From assembly GCA_003518055.1 (NCBI GenBank), contig DOZJ01000006.1:43837-107836 (forward strand): 64,000 nt of DNA, in the 5' to 3' direction. The notes beneath the pieces are model-generated. The model was not told the origin of the DNA and did no database searches. It saw only the letters and a program-made list of their open reading frames with translations. Every line of letters starts with the position of its first letter. Position 1 is the first letter of the stretch. This document shows positions 37,816 through 47,443 of this stretch, piece after piece. The stretch is from Candidatus Falkowbacteria bacterium. Its GTDB lineage: Bacteria; Patescibacteriota; Patescibacteriia; UBA11705. The position numbers and the translations under genes were made by a program.

Positions 37816-38091
37816 ATGAAGAAGTTTGTCATCGGCGGGGTCTTGATCATCGCGGCCGCGATTCTGTGTGTGGTATTGCGGTCGATGGGAGACTCGGTTG
37901 AATCAGCTTGGTTCGCGGTTCCGATTGCTCTCGGTGTGGCCGGGATTTGGTTAAAGGTTAGTTGGTTTGTCGAGGCGTATCGCGAGCGTAAGATGATGGT
38001 TCGGCAGTTCGACTCCAAGATGAAAGAGAATCGGTCATTTCAGTTGGCGTTGGCCATGCGTCGCCGTGATCATGAGACTCCGGAACAGTAA
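37816..38091 (+). CDS. small 2-TM membrane protein
   Basis: GGAGG SD; similar to 38104..38316. Confidence 0.7.
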   Translation: MKKFVIGGVLIIAAAILCVVLRSMGDSVESAWFAVPIALGVAGIWLKVSWFVEAYRERKMMVRQFDSKMKENRSFQLALAMRRRDHETPEQ

Positions 38092-38103
38092 TTGGAGGAG
38101 AGC

Positions 38104-38316
38104 ATGAAGAAGAAGCTGATTGCTGGTGGTGTGCTTTTGAGTCTGGCTGCCATTTTGTCTTTTATCTTTGATTTGGTTGATGTTGGGATCGATCGAATTT
38201 GGTATCTGGTTCCGATCGTGATGCTGGTGGTTTCGGGCGTACTGTTGATTGATGTCTCGGTGAATACGTGGTCTAGATTTTCAGCTAAAAAGAAACAGGG
38301 TAGGGGCAAGACATGA
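38104..38316 (+). CDS. small 2-TM membrane protein, paralogue of the previous gene
   Basis: Shared MKK..I.GGVL...AAIL and W..VPI patterns; GGAGG SD. Confidence 0.7.
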   Translation: MKKKLIAGGVLLSLAAILSFIFDLVDVGIDRIWYLVPIVMLVVSGVLLIDVSVNTWSRFSAKKKQGRGKT

Positions 38317-38412
38317 AAGGGTGAAACGTCAATAATAATTGGCGTTTTTTCTATTACAGAATGAAGTTATCAATAAAAGTAAGAATGATTTATAGATGTT
38401 TTAGGCAGCCAA

Positions 38413-38571
38413 TTAAGAGAGGGACGATCTAATTTCAGCTAGCCGGCGCTGATCTGATTTGGCGGAGGCTTTGCCCTGCAATGTCTGCATTCTTTGTTTT
38501 AATAATTTTATTTCCCTTTGGATTTGTTCAATTTCAGCGGCTACATCAGCTGATTTTGGTTTAATTTGCAT
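38413..38571 (-). CDS. 52-aa coiled-coil protein missing from the ORF track
   Basis: Hand translation: MQIKPKSADVAAEIEQIQREIKLLKQRMQTLQGKASAKSDQRRLAEIRSSLS*. Confidence 0.6.
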   Translation of the reverse strand: MQIKPKSADVAAEIEQIQREIKLLKQRMQTLQGKASAKSDQRRLAEIRSSLS

Positions 38572-38640
38572 AATTATTTGAATGATTTATAATATTTGTA
38601 TCAATTATATAATATTGTATTTATTATAACATATAACTTT

Positions 38641-39579
38641 ATGGCTACAGAACTTGAAAATTATTTTTCTCAGGTAAATAAAAGAAGAGAAGAGTCAGGC
38701 GAAGCAGCCGCGGAAGCGGCTAGGGCAGCTGAAAATCCTTGGCAAAATTATCTAAAATCTCAGCAGGATTTAAGTGCCGCTAAGGTTCAGGCAGAGGCTT
38801 TGGCCGCTAAACTTGAACAATCTGACCCTGAAGGTGAAATGGCGGAAGAAATGGAATTGATCCAAACTGATTTGACGGCGCTTGAAACCAGATTAAGTCA
38901 GGTTGAGGGAGCTCAGACAGTTCGCGGGCCGCTTCATGACACTATGGCCGCTGACCTTAAAACTCTGACTGAAAAAATTGCTGATAATAAGGCTGAAGTG
39001 GATAAATTAACCAGTTTAATGACTGCGAATCCAGAAAATAGAGTCAAAGCCATCAATGAACTAACTGATAATCAGGTTGATCAGAGTCAGGAGTTTGATG
39101 GCCGTGTTCAGGCGGAGATTCTCAAGGCGCTTGATGTGGTGCTGCCGGACTGGAAACAAAAGCTGCTGGGTGAGCAAAGTGGTGATGATCAGGCTGCCGG
39201 TAAGAAGGCTATGGAATTGTTACCCGAGTTTATCGGTGCGTCCGGTTTTGAATATCAAGTCATGACTTTGAAACAAGGCAAGTTTGAATTACCCCGTATC
39301 AATGAATTGTCTCCCGAGCAGCGAGAAACAATGAGGCAGGCGGTGGCTCAAATTCTTGATGAAGCAATGAATGAGGCTGAGCGATTGGGTGAAATAAAGG
39401 TTAAGCAGGAAGCAGTGGATTATACGAGTCCGTTTATGGATCGGATTAGTAATAAAAAATCGGGTTTGAGTGCTGATGCTAGGGGCAAGCTGGACCAGAA
39501 TCTGCATTCAATGTTGTATTCATTTGGGGCCGGCGCGCTTGAGCGGATTAAGCAGCTTGAGGCCATGGAAAAAAAATAA
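38641..39579 (+). CDS. hypothetical coiled-coil protein
   Basis: E/A/Q/K-rich heptads; terminator at 39596-39620. Confidence 0.75.
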   Translation: MATELENYFSQVNKRREESGEAAAEAARAAENPWQNYLKSQQDLSAAKVQAEALAAKLEQSDPEGEMAEEMELIQTDLTALETRLSQVEGAQTVRGPLHDTMAADLKTLTEKIADNKAEVDKLTSLMTANPENRVKAINELTDNQVDQSQEFDGRVQAEILKALDVVLPDWKQKLLGEQSGDDQAAGKKAMELLPEFIGASGFEYQVMTLKQGKFELPRINELSPEQRETMRQAVAQILDEAMNEAERLGEIKVKQEAVDYTSPFMDRISNKKSGLSADARGKLDQNLHSMLYSFGAGALERIKQLEAMEKK

Positions 39580-39687
39580 TTAAAGACAAAAATAGGAGCT
39601 CGATATGAGCTCTTTTTTTTGAGCAAATTTTTGTGATCTGATATAAGTCGTTAGCTGATCTGCAGGCTTGAGTGGCTCAGAATGGAT

Positions 39688-40341
39688 TTAATTTTTGCCT
39701 TTCCATTCTTGAAAGAATTCAGCTAAAAAATTTTCCATTACTTTATGTCTTTTTCTCGCCATTCTTTTTGCTGTTTTGGTATTCATTAAATCTTTTAGGA
39801 GCAGCAGTTTTTCATAAAAATGGTTAATCGTGTGGCTTTGATTTTTTTTATATTGTTCAAACGACGCATGTTTTTCAGGTTTAATTTCCGGATTGTACAT
39901 TTCACGCCCCTTGGCACCGCCGTAGGCAAAAGTTCTGCCGATTCCAATGGCACCGATTGCGTCTAATCGATCAGCATCTTGGACCACCATACCTTCGATG
40001 GTTTTCATTTTGGTTGAGACGCCTGCGCCTTTGAACGAAGCGTCTTTGATGATTTGGCAAACATGGGAAATCACCTTTTCATCAACCGCTGATTTTTCGA
40101 GCCATTCTCTTGCCTTTCGTGGACCGACATTATCGTCACCATGATTAAATTTCCAGTCAGCAATATCATGAAGCAGGGCGGCAAGTTCAACTACGAACAA
40201 ATCAACACTCTCATGTTTGCCAATGTGGAGCGCATTTTTCCAGACGCGATAAACATGCCACCAGTCATGGCCGGAACCTTCGCCGGTGAGTTTAGATTTG
40301 ATGTGTTTAGCGGTTTTTTTGATGATTTGTTTCTTGGTCAT
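39688..40341 (-). CDS. HD-domain phosphohydrolase (YedJ-like)
   Basis: GHDWWH, LLHDIAD, QDADRLDAIGAIG and HFYEKLL motifs. Confidence 0.92.
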   Translation of the reverse strand: MTKKQIIKKTAKHIKSKLTGEGSGHDWWHVYRVWKNALHIGKHESVDLFVVELAALLHDIADWKFNHGDDNVGPRKAREWLEKSAVDEKVISHVCQIIKDASFKGAGVSTKMKTIEGMVVQDADRLDAIGAIGIGRTFAYGGAKGREMYNPEIKPEKHASFEQYKKNQSHTINHFYEKLLLLKDLMNTKTAKRMARKRHKVMENFLAEFFQEWKGKN

Positions 40342-40362
40342 TTTATAAAAAGTTATAATAGT

Positions 40363-40704
40363 TTATAAAGAGTTTATGGTGCAGTGATTGTTTTTACAGG
40401 CGCATGGCTGCTGCACGTTGAGCGGCGGTTCGCATTGATGGACAAAGCCCTCGGTAAAATCCGGTTCGTCCCGGACGCTATCGAGATAGCTGCTGTTCAT
40501 ACAGCCGCATTGGCCATATGTATCTGAAATCGGAGACACCCACTCACAATCAGCATCAACCGTGCAAGCATATTTATCATAGTTAACTTTTTCAATATCG
40601 TCGGGTTGATTGGTGATTTGCGGCCTGTCATTGGTTAATTCGCAGCCGACTAGGGTGAGTGAGAAGATGAAGATGATGATAAAATGAATTTTATTGGTGT
40701 GCAT
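40363..40704 (-). CDS. cysteine-rich lipoprotein
   Basis: Signal peptide with LVGC lipobox; C..DADC...CGC...C.C....C pattern. Confidence 0.7.
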   Translation of the reverse strand: MHTNKIHFIIIFIFSLTLVGCELTNDRPQITNQPDDIEKVNYDKYACTVDADCEWVSPISDTYGQCGCMNSSYLDSVRDEPDFTEGFVHQCEPPLNVQQPCACKNNHCTINSL

Positions 40705-40765
40705 AGGTTGGAGTTTATGGTTTTGGATAATGGATTGATGGTGGGGGTCTCAGAAGCCAAGACGC

Positions 40766-41454
40766 CTATTCTATTTTGTCTGATTTAGATAAATTGCATT
40801 TAGCACAAAGTAACCTTATATTTTTTGTTATCAAACTGGTGCCACCTCTAGAAAAAGGTAAATCATGGTCAAAATGTAAATTCTTTATTGAGCCACATAA
40901 TACACATTTACCACCATCTCTTTTCCAAACTTCTTTTTTTACTTCGCTTGGTATAAGCCGCGTATGTGCAAGATCAATGTGCTCATTTGTGATTAAATTT
41001 TGTTCATTTGATAATTTTAAGATGAATACAAATACCTGTCTTTTCCCATCGTTTTTTACTTTGTAATCAATCAAATCAAATAAGCCTTTTAGCGACCAAA
41101 CGCCTGATAAAATCTTCTCATATACTTTAACGACTTCGGATTTGGACGTTTTATTTTTAAATTTTTCTACCGCTTCAATAAATTTTCCATTTTGGGTTAA
41201 GGTGCCATTTCTTGTTTGTTGCGGTTGATCATGTTGTTTGGGATTCATTTCATATGATGTTTTTGGCTCATCGTGCCCCTGATATTCAATAGTAATTCCA
41301 TCATTGGAAATACTATCGGAATATGGCGCATTTGATCTGCGTGACATTAAATAACGGAATATTTTGGGTTCATTCGAAAATTCATACCTCGCTGTAAGGT
41401 TTGGACGTTCTCAATGTCACACATTTCTCGGTATGAATATATCTGATCAATCAT
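40766..41454 (-). pseudogene. HNH endonuclease with SRA-like N-terminal domain, frameshifted near 41350
   Basis: C-terminal RDGGKCVLC..HFDH..PFSRGG..N..LLCAKCN; upstream frame MIDQIYSY...LQRGMNFRMNPKYSVI* is one base out of register with MSRRSNAPY. Confidence 0.75.
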
Positions 41455-41627
41455 AGATAGTCTTCAATAAAATAAAGTGTATCAATTCTTTTGATTTCAT
41501 CGTTTGTAACTTTAGTATTATAGATCAAATTATTATATTTTAGCAATTTCTGCCAGGTGTTGATTGGGTCGTATTTTGAGTATATTTAAATCAACAAAAA
41601 AGAGGTAATGATTTACCTCAGAATAAA

Positions 41628-42005
41628 TTATGTTGTTTCGATTTCAACCAGATACGGGTCAATATCAGTTCCGTGTGATACGGTCTCGCCATAGAATTGC
41701 CATGACCGCGTGATTCTCGCCGAGATCTCGGCGATCAGCAGATGACGGTTGATCAGCTCGATGAGCTCTCTATCATTGTCTCTCAGCCGCAGGAGGAATG
41801 CCCGCTGGACAGCTTCAGGGACTTCAGCCAGAATTTCAGGCCGCCCGCAGATGACTGAGTGATGTCTGGGGACAGCCAAATCGTAGCCGAGTTGAATTTG
41901 TCTTACCTGGCTGGGCATAACCGGCGATCTTGAATTTTTGAGATTGAAACGAATGGCATTGACAAAGGAGGCAAGAATCAGAGAGAGGTGTTCAGCGGTC
42001 TTCAT
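41628..42005 (-). CDS. hypothetical protein (orphan)
   Basis: Promoter TTGACA-17-TATAAT (42090-42062); AAGGAG SD. Confidence 0.7.
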   Translation of the reverse strand: MKTAEHLSLILASFVNAIRFNLKNSRSPVMPSQVRQIQLGYDLAVPRHHSVICGRPEILAEVPEAVQRAFLLRLRDNDRELIELINRHLLIAEISARITRSWQFYGETVSHGTDIDPYLVEIETT

Positions 42006-42103
42006 CTGGAGCTCCTTTTCCCGTTGATGAATGCGGTGTGGGATTAAAAAGGCAACTTGGGATTATACCTTGTTTTGATTTTTTTGTCAATGGGTGGTGC
42101 TTA

Positions 42104-42859
42104 TTATATTTCTAATTTTACGATTACTGGAACATGGTCAGAGATTTTATTTATATCAATGGTAGGTGTTTCGTGTTTGATCTTTTCTGAAATAAATATG
42201 TAGTCTATTTTGAAATTGAGACCAGCTGGCACTTTCCAATCATGATATTTAAAATCATACATCGTCCATGTTTTGAGAGTATTTTTCTCATCCACATCCT
42301 TAAGGTATTGTTTGATTTTTTTGACTCCCTGGTTTTCAGGAGTTGAATTAAAATCACCCGTTAAAATAATGGGCAAGTCATTATTATTTTTTATCACCTC
42401 AATAACTTTTTCAATCTGCCGAAGCTTAATTTCGGTCGGTTGAAATTGTTTTGAATATCCTAAGTGCAGGGTCATAAAGCAGACAATTTTGTCATCAACG
42501 TTAATTTTTGTTTCCAAGAGAGTCCGTGGCTCAGTTATCGCAGTTCCATCCCATTCTTCTGGAAGACTGAGAAAATGTCTTTTATTATCGACGATTGGAA
42601 ATTTTGAAATAATACAATTCCCAAACTGACCTTCAGCAAAACTGCCTGTTTTTTGATTCTCAATACTCGGGCTATATGCAAAATTATAACCTAGTGACTG
42701 GGCGATTTTTTCTGTAATATTTATGAATTCTGTTTCTTCAAGATTATTATCTACTTCTTGAAAACCCATTAATTCAATTTTATTATCTTTCACAAAATTA
42801 ATAATTTGTTTCCAGTTTTTCCCTGACCAAATGTTCCAGCTCATCACTTTTATTTCCAT
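42104..42859 (-). CDS. endonuclease/exonuclease/phosphatase (EEP) family protein, AT-rich
   Basis: SWNI, FQEVD, GN.IISKFP, TGDFN, IDYIF and SDH.P motifs. Confidence 0.92.
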   Translation of the reverse strand: MEIKVMSWNIWSGKNWKQIINFVKDNKIELMGFQEVDNNLEETEFINITEKIAQSLGYNFAYSPSIENQKTGSFAEGQFGNCIISKFPIVDNKRHFLSLPEEWDGTAITEPRTLLETKINVDDKIVCFMTLHLGYSKQFQPTEIKLRQIEKVIEVIKNNNDLPIILTGDFNSTPENQGVKKIKQYLKDVDEKNTLKTWTMYDFKYHDWKVPAGLNFKIDYIFISEKIKHETPTIDINKISDHVPVIVKLEI

Positions 42860-43056
42860 AATAAAATTAGAATTAGTGTATCTTAATAAAGATTGCGGTG
42901 TGACATTGATTATTTGCTTAATGTTTGTCAGCCATACTAAGCTGCGGATTGGTGGCGGAGTCGTGCATTGCGGGACGAGAGTGCTTTTGCGGAGCTGGTA
43001 TCTAGCTATACTTTTACCATTTTAATTATACATCAAAAAAATGTAAAACCGCAATT

Positions 43057-43971
43057 TTACACAATTTTGACGATCATCACGCGGTCTAAGCCGCATAAAT
43101 CTTTTTTAACTTGAATTTTGGAAGTGGGGAAAATTGTTTTGATGATTTTTTTCAGGGTAGGTGTTTGCCGCGGGTCAAATTCGATCAGGATAAATTTTGG
43201 TTGATGTTTCAGCTTGGCGGCTTGATGAAAGAATTCGCGGTAAGCGTTTAGTCCATCGGGGCCGGAGTAGAGGGCGGTGTGGGGTTCGAATTTTAGGCCG
43301 ATGGTGTCGAATGACTTTTGTCGCCCTTCGACTGAGCTCAGGGTGACAAGTCCTTTAATGTTCGAGGTCGGCAGGTAGGGAAGATTGGCGATGAGAATAT
43401 CGATTTTTTGGTTTTTTAGAGGCTCCAATAAATTGCCATGCAGGAATTTTATTTTGGCGTGATGAAGGCGGGCGTTTTTTTGGGCGACGGTTAATGCTTT
43501 GGCGGATATGTCCGTAGCGAAGATGTTGGCGGCCGGCAGGGGTCGGGTATGCCCGACACTTACGGTTATTGCCACCGCGATGGCGCCCGATCCGGTGCCG
43601 ATCTCGGCGATATTGATATTTGTGGGTTGCCGGTCGCGACCGGCAGTTACCAGTTTTATGGTTTCGCTGACAAGGAGTTCAGTATCCGGTCGAGGGATAA
43701 GCACGGAGCGATTAACATAAAAGTCCAAACCGTAAAATTCTTTGTGGTGGGTAAGGTAGGCGATTGGGCGGCCGGCGGTTCTTTGTTTGATCAGGGTTTT
43801 AAATCGCGCGGCTTGATTTTTGGTCAAAGTTTTTTCCGGATAAGTAAAAAGATATTCTTTGGTTTTTTTTAACACAAAGGCCAGTAAAATTTGCGCGTCC
43901 AAAAGAGCAGAGTCTAGAGTCTGCTTTTTAAATATGGCTAAGGCTGATTTTAGCGCTTGGTTGATTGTCAT
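43057..43971 (-). CDS. prmC: release factor glutamine methyltransferase with three short in-frame hairpin insertions
   Basis: P.AYL...EFYG, VLIPRPDTE, EIGTGSGAIA and ANLPY motifs; start MTINQ at 43971. Confidence 0.93.
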   Translation of the reverse strand: MTINQALKSALAIFKKQTLDSALLDAQILLAFVLKKTKEYLFTYPEKTLTKNQAARFKTLIKQRTAGRPIAYLTHHKEFYGLDFYVNRSVLIPRPDTELLVSETIKLVTAGRDRQPTNINIAEIGTGSGAIAVAITVSVGHTRPLPAANIFATDISAKALTVAQKNARLHHAKIKFLHGNLLEPLKNQKIDILIANLPYLPTSNIKGLVTLSSVEGRQKSFDTIGLKFEPHTALYSGPDGLNAYREFFHQAAKLKHQPKFILIEFDPRQTPTLKKIIKTIFPTSKIQVKKDLCGLDRVMIVKIV

Positions 43972-43972
43972 A

Positions 43973-44329
43973 TGAATTATTTCCTGTCCTTTAGGGCGGG
44001 GAGTCGAGCTCAGCACCCGGGCTACTGCCTGCGCTGAAGCTTCGGCAGTCAAGAAAGCCGCGGGGAAGGGTGAATTTTCCCTGTCCTTTAGGGCGGGAAG
44101 CCGAGTTCAGTACCCGGGCTGAAGCCACGGGGAAGGGTGAATTTTCCCTGTCCTTTAGGGCGGGGAGTCGAGTTCAGCACCCGGGCTACTGCCTGCGCTG
44201 AAGCTTCGGCAGTCAAGAAAGCCGCGGGGAAGGGTGAATTTTCCCTGTCCTTTAGGGCGGGAAGTCGAGCTCAGTACCCGGGCTACTGCCTGCGCTGAAG
44301 CTTTGTCAGTCAAGAAAGCCGCGGGGAAG
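43973..44329 (+). repeat. four tandem units (98/67/97/about 95 bp); units 1, 3 and 4 carry a 30-bp CAAG-ended hairpin absent from unit 2
   Basis: Units start at 43973, 44071, 44138 and 44235. Confidence 0.92.
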
Positions 44330-44349
44330 AGATTATTACCGGTTGATAT

Positions 44350-45411
44350 TTATTTTTCTTGCAGGCTAGTTTTCTCGGCGGCGGTTTTGAGGGCGGTGAT
44401 GATCGGTTCAATCTGGCCGTCCAGAATTATCGGGATGTTGTTCCAGCTTTCTTTGATGCGGTGGTCGGTGATGCGATCCTGAGGGAAATTATAGGTGCGG
44501 ATTTTTTCGCTGCGATCACCGGTGCCGATTTGAGATTTGCGGGCGGCGCCTAATTCTTTTTGGCGTTTTTCTTCCTGCAATTCAAATAGCCGCGTGCGCA
44601 GAACTTTCATGGCTTTGTCTTTGTTTTGAAGTTGAGAGCGTTCATCTTGGCATTGCACCACGAGACCGGAGGGTTCATGCGTAATGCGTACGGCGGATTT
44701 GGTGGTGTTTACGCTCTGGCCACCGTGGCCGCCGGCGCAAAAGGTGTCGATGCGCAGATCCTGAGGATCGATTTTGACATCGACGTCTTCGGCTTCAGGC
44801 AGTACCGCGACAGTCACGGTTGACGTGTGGACTCGGCCTTGTTTTTCCGTTTCCGGCACGCGTTGGACTCGATGGACGCCGCTCTCATATTTTAAATGGC
44901 TAAAAACTTTGTGACCGTTGATTTCAAAGATAATTTCCTTGAACCCGCCGATGCCGATTTGGTTTGAAGACAAGATAACCAATTTCCAGCCTTGGATTTC
45001 GGCGTAGCGGGAATACATTCGAAACAATTCAGCGGCAAACAACGCTGATTCATCGCCACCAGCGCCGGCGCGGATTTCCACGATGACATTTTTGGCGTCG
45101 CGGGGATCTTTGGGCAGGAGGGCGGATTTGATTTCGGCTTGGAGGGATTCGATTTTCGGCGTTAACTCATTGATTTCTTGTTCGGCTAATTCGATTAAAT
45201 CAGGGTCATCAGCTTCGAGGGTTTTTTCAGCGTCAACTAGGGCCGCTTGATATTTTTCAAGCAGAACAATTTGATCATAAGTGGGTTTGAGCTCAGCATG
45301 TTCGGTGGATACGGTGCGTAGTTTGGCTGGATCAGAAAGAACTTCGGTGGATTGAAGCTGAGTTTCCAGATTGAGAAATTTTTCTTTGAGTTGTTGGGTT
45401 TGGTTGGTCAT
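44350..45411 (-). CDS. prfA: peptide chain release factor 1
   Basis: GGQ, RVPETE (PxT), and [17 protein letters not shown] motifs. Confidence 0.97.
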   Translation of the reverse strand: MTNQTQQLKEKFLNLETQLQSTEVLSDPAKLRTVSTEHAELKPTYDQIVLLEKYQAALVDAEKTLEADDPDLIELAEQEINELTPKIESLQAEIKSALLPKDPRDAKNVIVEIRAGAGGDESALFAAELFRMYSRYAEIQGWKLVILSSNQIGIGGFKEIIFEINGHKVFSHLKYESGVHRVQRVPETEKQGRVHTSTVTVAVLPEAEDVDVKIDPQDLRIDTFCAGGHGGQSVNTTKSAVRITHEPSGLVVQCQDERSQLQNKDKAMKVLRTRLFELQEEKRQKELGAARKSQIGTGDRSEKIRTYNFPQDRITDHRIKESWNNIPIILDGQIEPIITALKTAAEKTSLQEK

Positions 45412-45572
45412 GTAATACTAATTTACGAATAATACGAATATTACGAAAACATCACGGGATTGTTACGAATTTACGAATTACGAAAACATGAAAGCGAGAA
45501 AGTGATGTCGTCTAAAGCATAACAAAAAACCAGCTGAAAAGATAGACGGGAATCAGCTGGCTATATGAGTAG

Positions 45573-45857
45573 TTATTTGTCAGCAGTCGCTTTTTTGACT
45601 TTGCCTTTGGCTTGAAGTTTGGTGCGTTTGCTGCGATTTTTGTCCTTTTTTTCCGCGGATTTGGCCATGCGGGCTTTGAAGCGGTCAACCACACCGGCGG
45701 TATCTACCAATTTTTGTTGGCCGGTATAGAAAGGATGACACATATGACAAAGTTCGATATCGATTTTTTCTTTTGATGAGCCAACGACAAATTCATTACC
45801 GCAGGCGCAGGTAATTTTTGCTTGGTGGTGATATTTCGGGTGAAGATCGGTTTTCAT
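45573..45857 (-). CDS. rpmE: 50S ribosomal protein L31 (zinc-binding type)
   Basis: HPKY, CACG and C..CHPFYTG motifs. Confidence 0.96.
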   Translation of the reverse strand: MKTDLHPKYHHQAKITCACGNEFVVGSSKEKIDIELCHMCHPFYTGQQKLVDTAGVVDRFKARMAKSAEKKDKNRSKRTKLQAKGKVKKATADK

Positions 45858-46113
45858 AAAGATAAAATGAATGACACGGAACTAAAAGATGGAAACATTT
45901 TAGTCCGATAAATCAATAAGATTAAGTAAATTAACTGAAATAAAGTGTAGCACGAGACAAGAAATTTTGCAAGCGTGCGGTGGGTGATTTGGGGGTATTT
46001 TTCTTAATTTAGCCCAAAAATATGGGGGTGTGTGGATTCTTGGTTGGAGCTGGGGGATAAAGATTGTATAATATAAGGAAGAGACAACTAACAAATAAAC
46101 ATAGGAGAACATT

Positions 46114-46473
46114 ATGAAAGGAAAATTATTGCTCAAAGGAGCGGTTTGGGGAATCATTCTTGGGACCATCGGCGGTTATTTGTTTAACGCGAAAACCGGC
46201 AAGCAAAATCGGGGCAAATTGAAAACCGCGGCGGCGAAATTGGGAAAGCGATTGACTTCGGAATTGGATCAAGTGTCTGATGTAACGAAAAAGCATTATG
46301 ATGCCATGGTGAATAAAGTGGTTGATGATTTGAAAAAAGACAAGACGATGAGCCGTGAAGCGTGGGATGAAATTTCTAAAGAATTGAAAAGCCGATGGGC
46401 GATGGTGAATTCGGAAGTAAAAAGCGCGGTCGCGACCAAGGTTAAGAAATCAACGACAAAAAAGAAAAAATAA
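46114..46473 (+). CDS. YtxH-like protein
   Basis: G...G...G...G.L...KTGKQNR..LK pattern with a helical tail. Confidence 0.75.
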   Translation: MKGKLLLKGAVWGIILGTIGGYLFNAKTGKQNRGKLKTAAAKLGKRLTSELDQVSDVTKKHYDAMVNKVVDDLKKDKTMSREAWDEISKELKSRWAMVNSEVKSAVATKVKKSTTKKKK

Positions 46474-46537
46474 ATCCAATGACATTCCTTGGCTTTTGGC
46501 CGAGGATTTTGTTTGTTAGTGTTTTTTGAGAGCAAGT

Positions 46538-47341
46538 ATGAATTTTTTGCATAAATATATTCCGGAGCCAATAATATTTTCACTCGGTCCGATTGAAATC
46601 CATTGGTATGGATTGTTGATGGTGCTTGGCGGTTTGGCCGGGTTGTTTTTCGTTCGCAAATTATTTCAATTGTATCGGCTCAAGGAAAAAGATCTGACTG
46701 ATTTGGTTTTGGTCTGGGTACTGTTTGCTTTGATCGGAGCGAGGATCTATTACGTGATTTACGCTTGGGATTATTACCGAGAAAATTTGATTGACATAAT
46801 TAAGGTTTGGGAGGGCGGGCTGGCGGTTCACGGAGTGATGCTCGGTGTTTTTGGGGCGACTTATTGGTTTTGCCGGTGGAGAAAAATAAATTTTTGGCTG
46901 ATGGCTGATATTGCAGCGGTTGGTTTGGCCGGCGCCCAGATCATTGGCCGCTGGGGTAATTATTTTAATCAAGAAATTTTTGGTAAACCAACAGATTTGT
47001 CGTGGGGCATACCGATTGAAATGAAATTCCGCCCCAGCCAGTTTCGAGAACAAAATTATTTTCATCCAACGGTGTTGTATGAAAGTTTACTTAGTGCGGT
47101 GAATTTTATAATTTTGTGGGCGGCTCATCAATGGCGGGTGAAACGAAATAAATATTTGCCTGAGGGAGTAATTTTTGCGGTGTATATATTCATTTATTCA
47201 GTGATTCGGTTCGGGCTGGAATATTACCGCGTTGATTATAGTCCGATGGTGTTTGGACTGCGCTGGGCTCAACTATTGAGTATTTGGCTCGCAATGGCGG
47301 CGATTATTTTTGTGATGTATTTGTATAAAAAGAAAAAGTAA
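46538..47341 (+). CDS. lgt: prolipoprotein diacylglyceryl transferase
   Basis: HWYG, GARIYYV, WEGGLAVHG, IGRWGNYFNQE and HPT.LYES motifs. Confidence 0.95.
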   Translation: MNFLHKYIPEPIIFSLGPIEIHWYGLLMVLGGLAGLFFVRKLFQLYRLKEKDLTDLVLVWVLFALIGARIYYVIYAWDYYRENLIDIIKVWEGGLAVHGVMLGVFGATYWFCRWRKINFWLMADIAAVGLAGAQIIGRWGNYFNQEIFGKPTDLSWGIPIEMKFRPSQFREQNYFHPTVLYESLLSAVNFIILWAAHQWRVKRNKYLPEGVIFAVYIFIYSVIRFGLEYYRVDYSPMVFGLRWAQLLSIWLAMAAIIFVMYLYKKKK

Positions 47342-47443
47342 AAAAATGTTGACCAAATTGGGGATAAGCGGTTCGGTTTTGTAGCAAAATTTGGTATAAT
47401 AAGTGCAACTTAGTTTGATCAAAAGTTTACAGCCAAAGATATT

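Noticed and set aside
43973-44329. CRISPR array
   Set aside because: Units repeat along their whole length with no unique spacers, and no cas genes are present.
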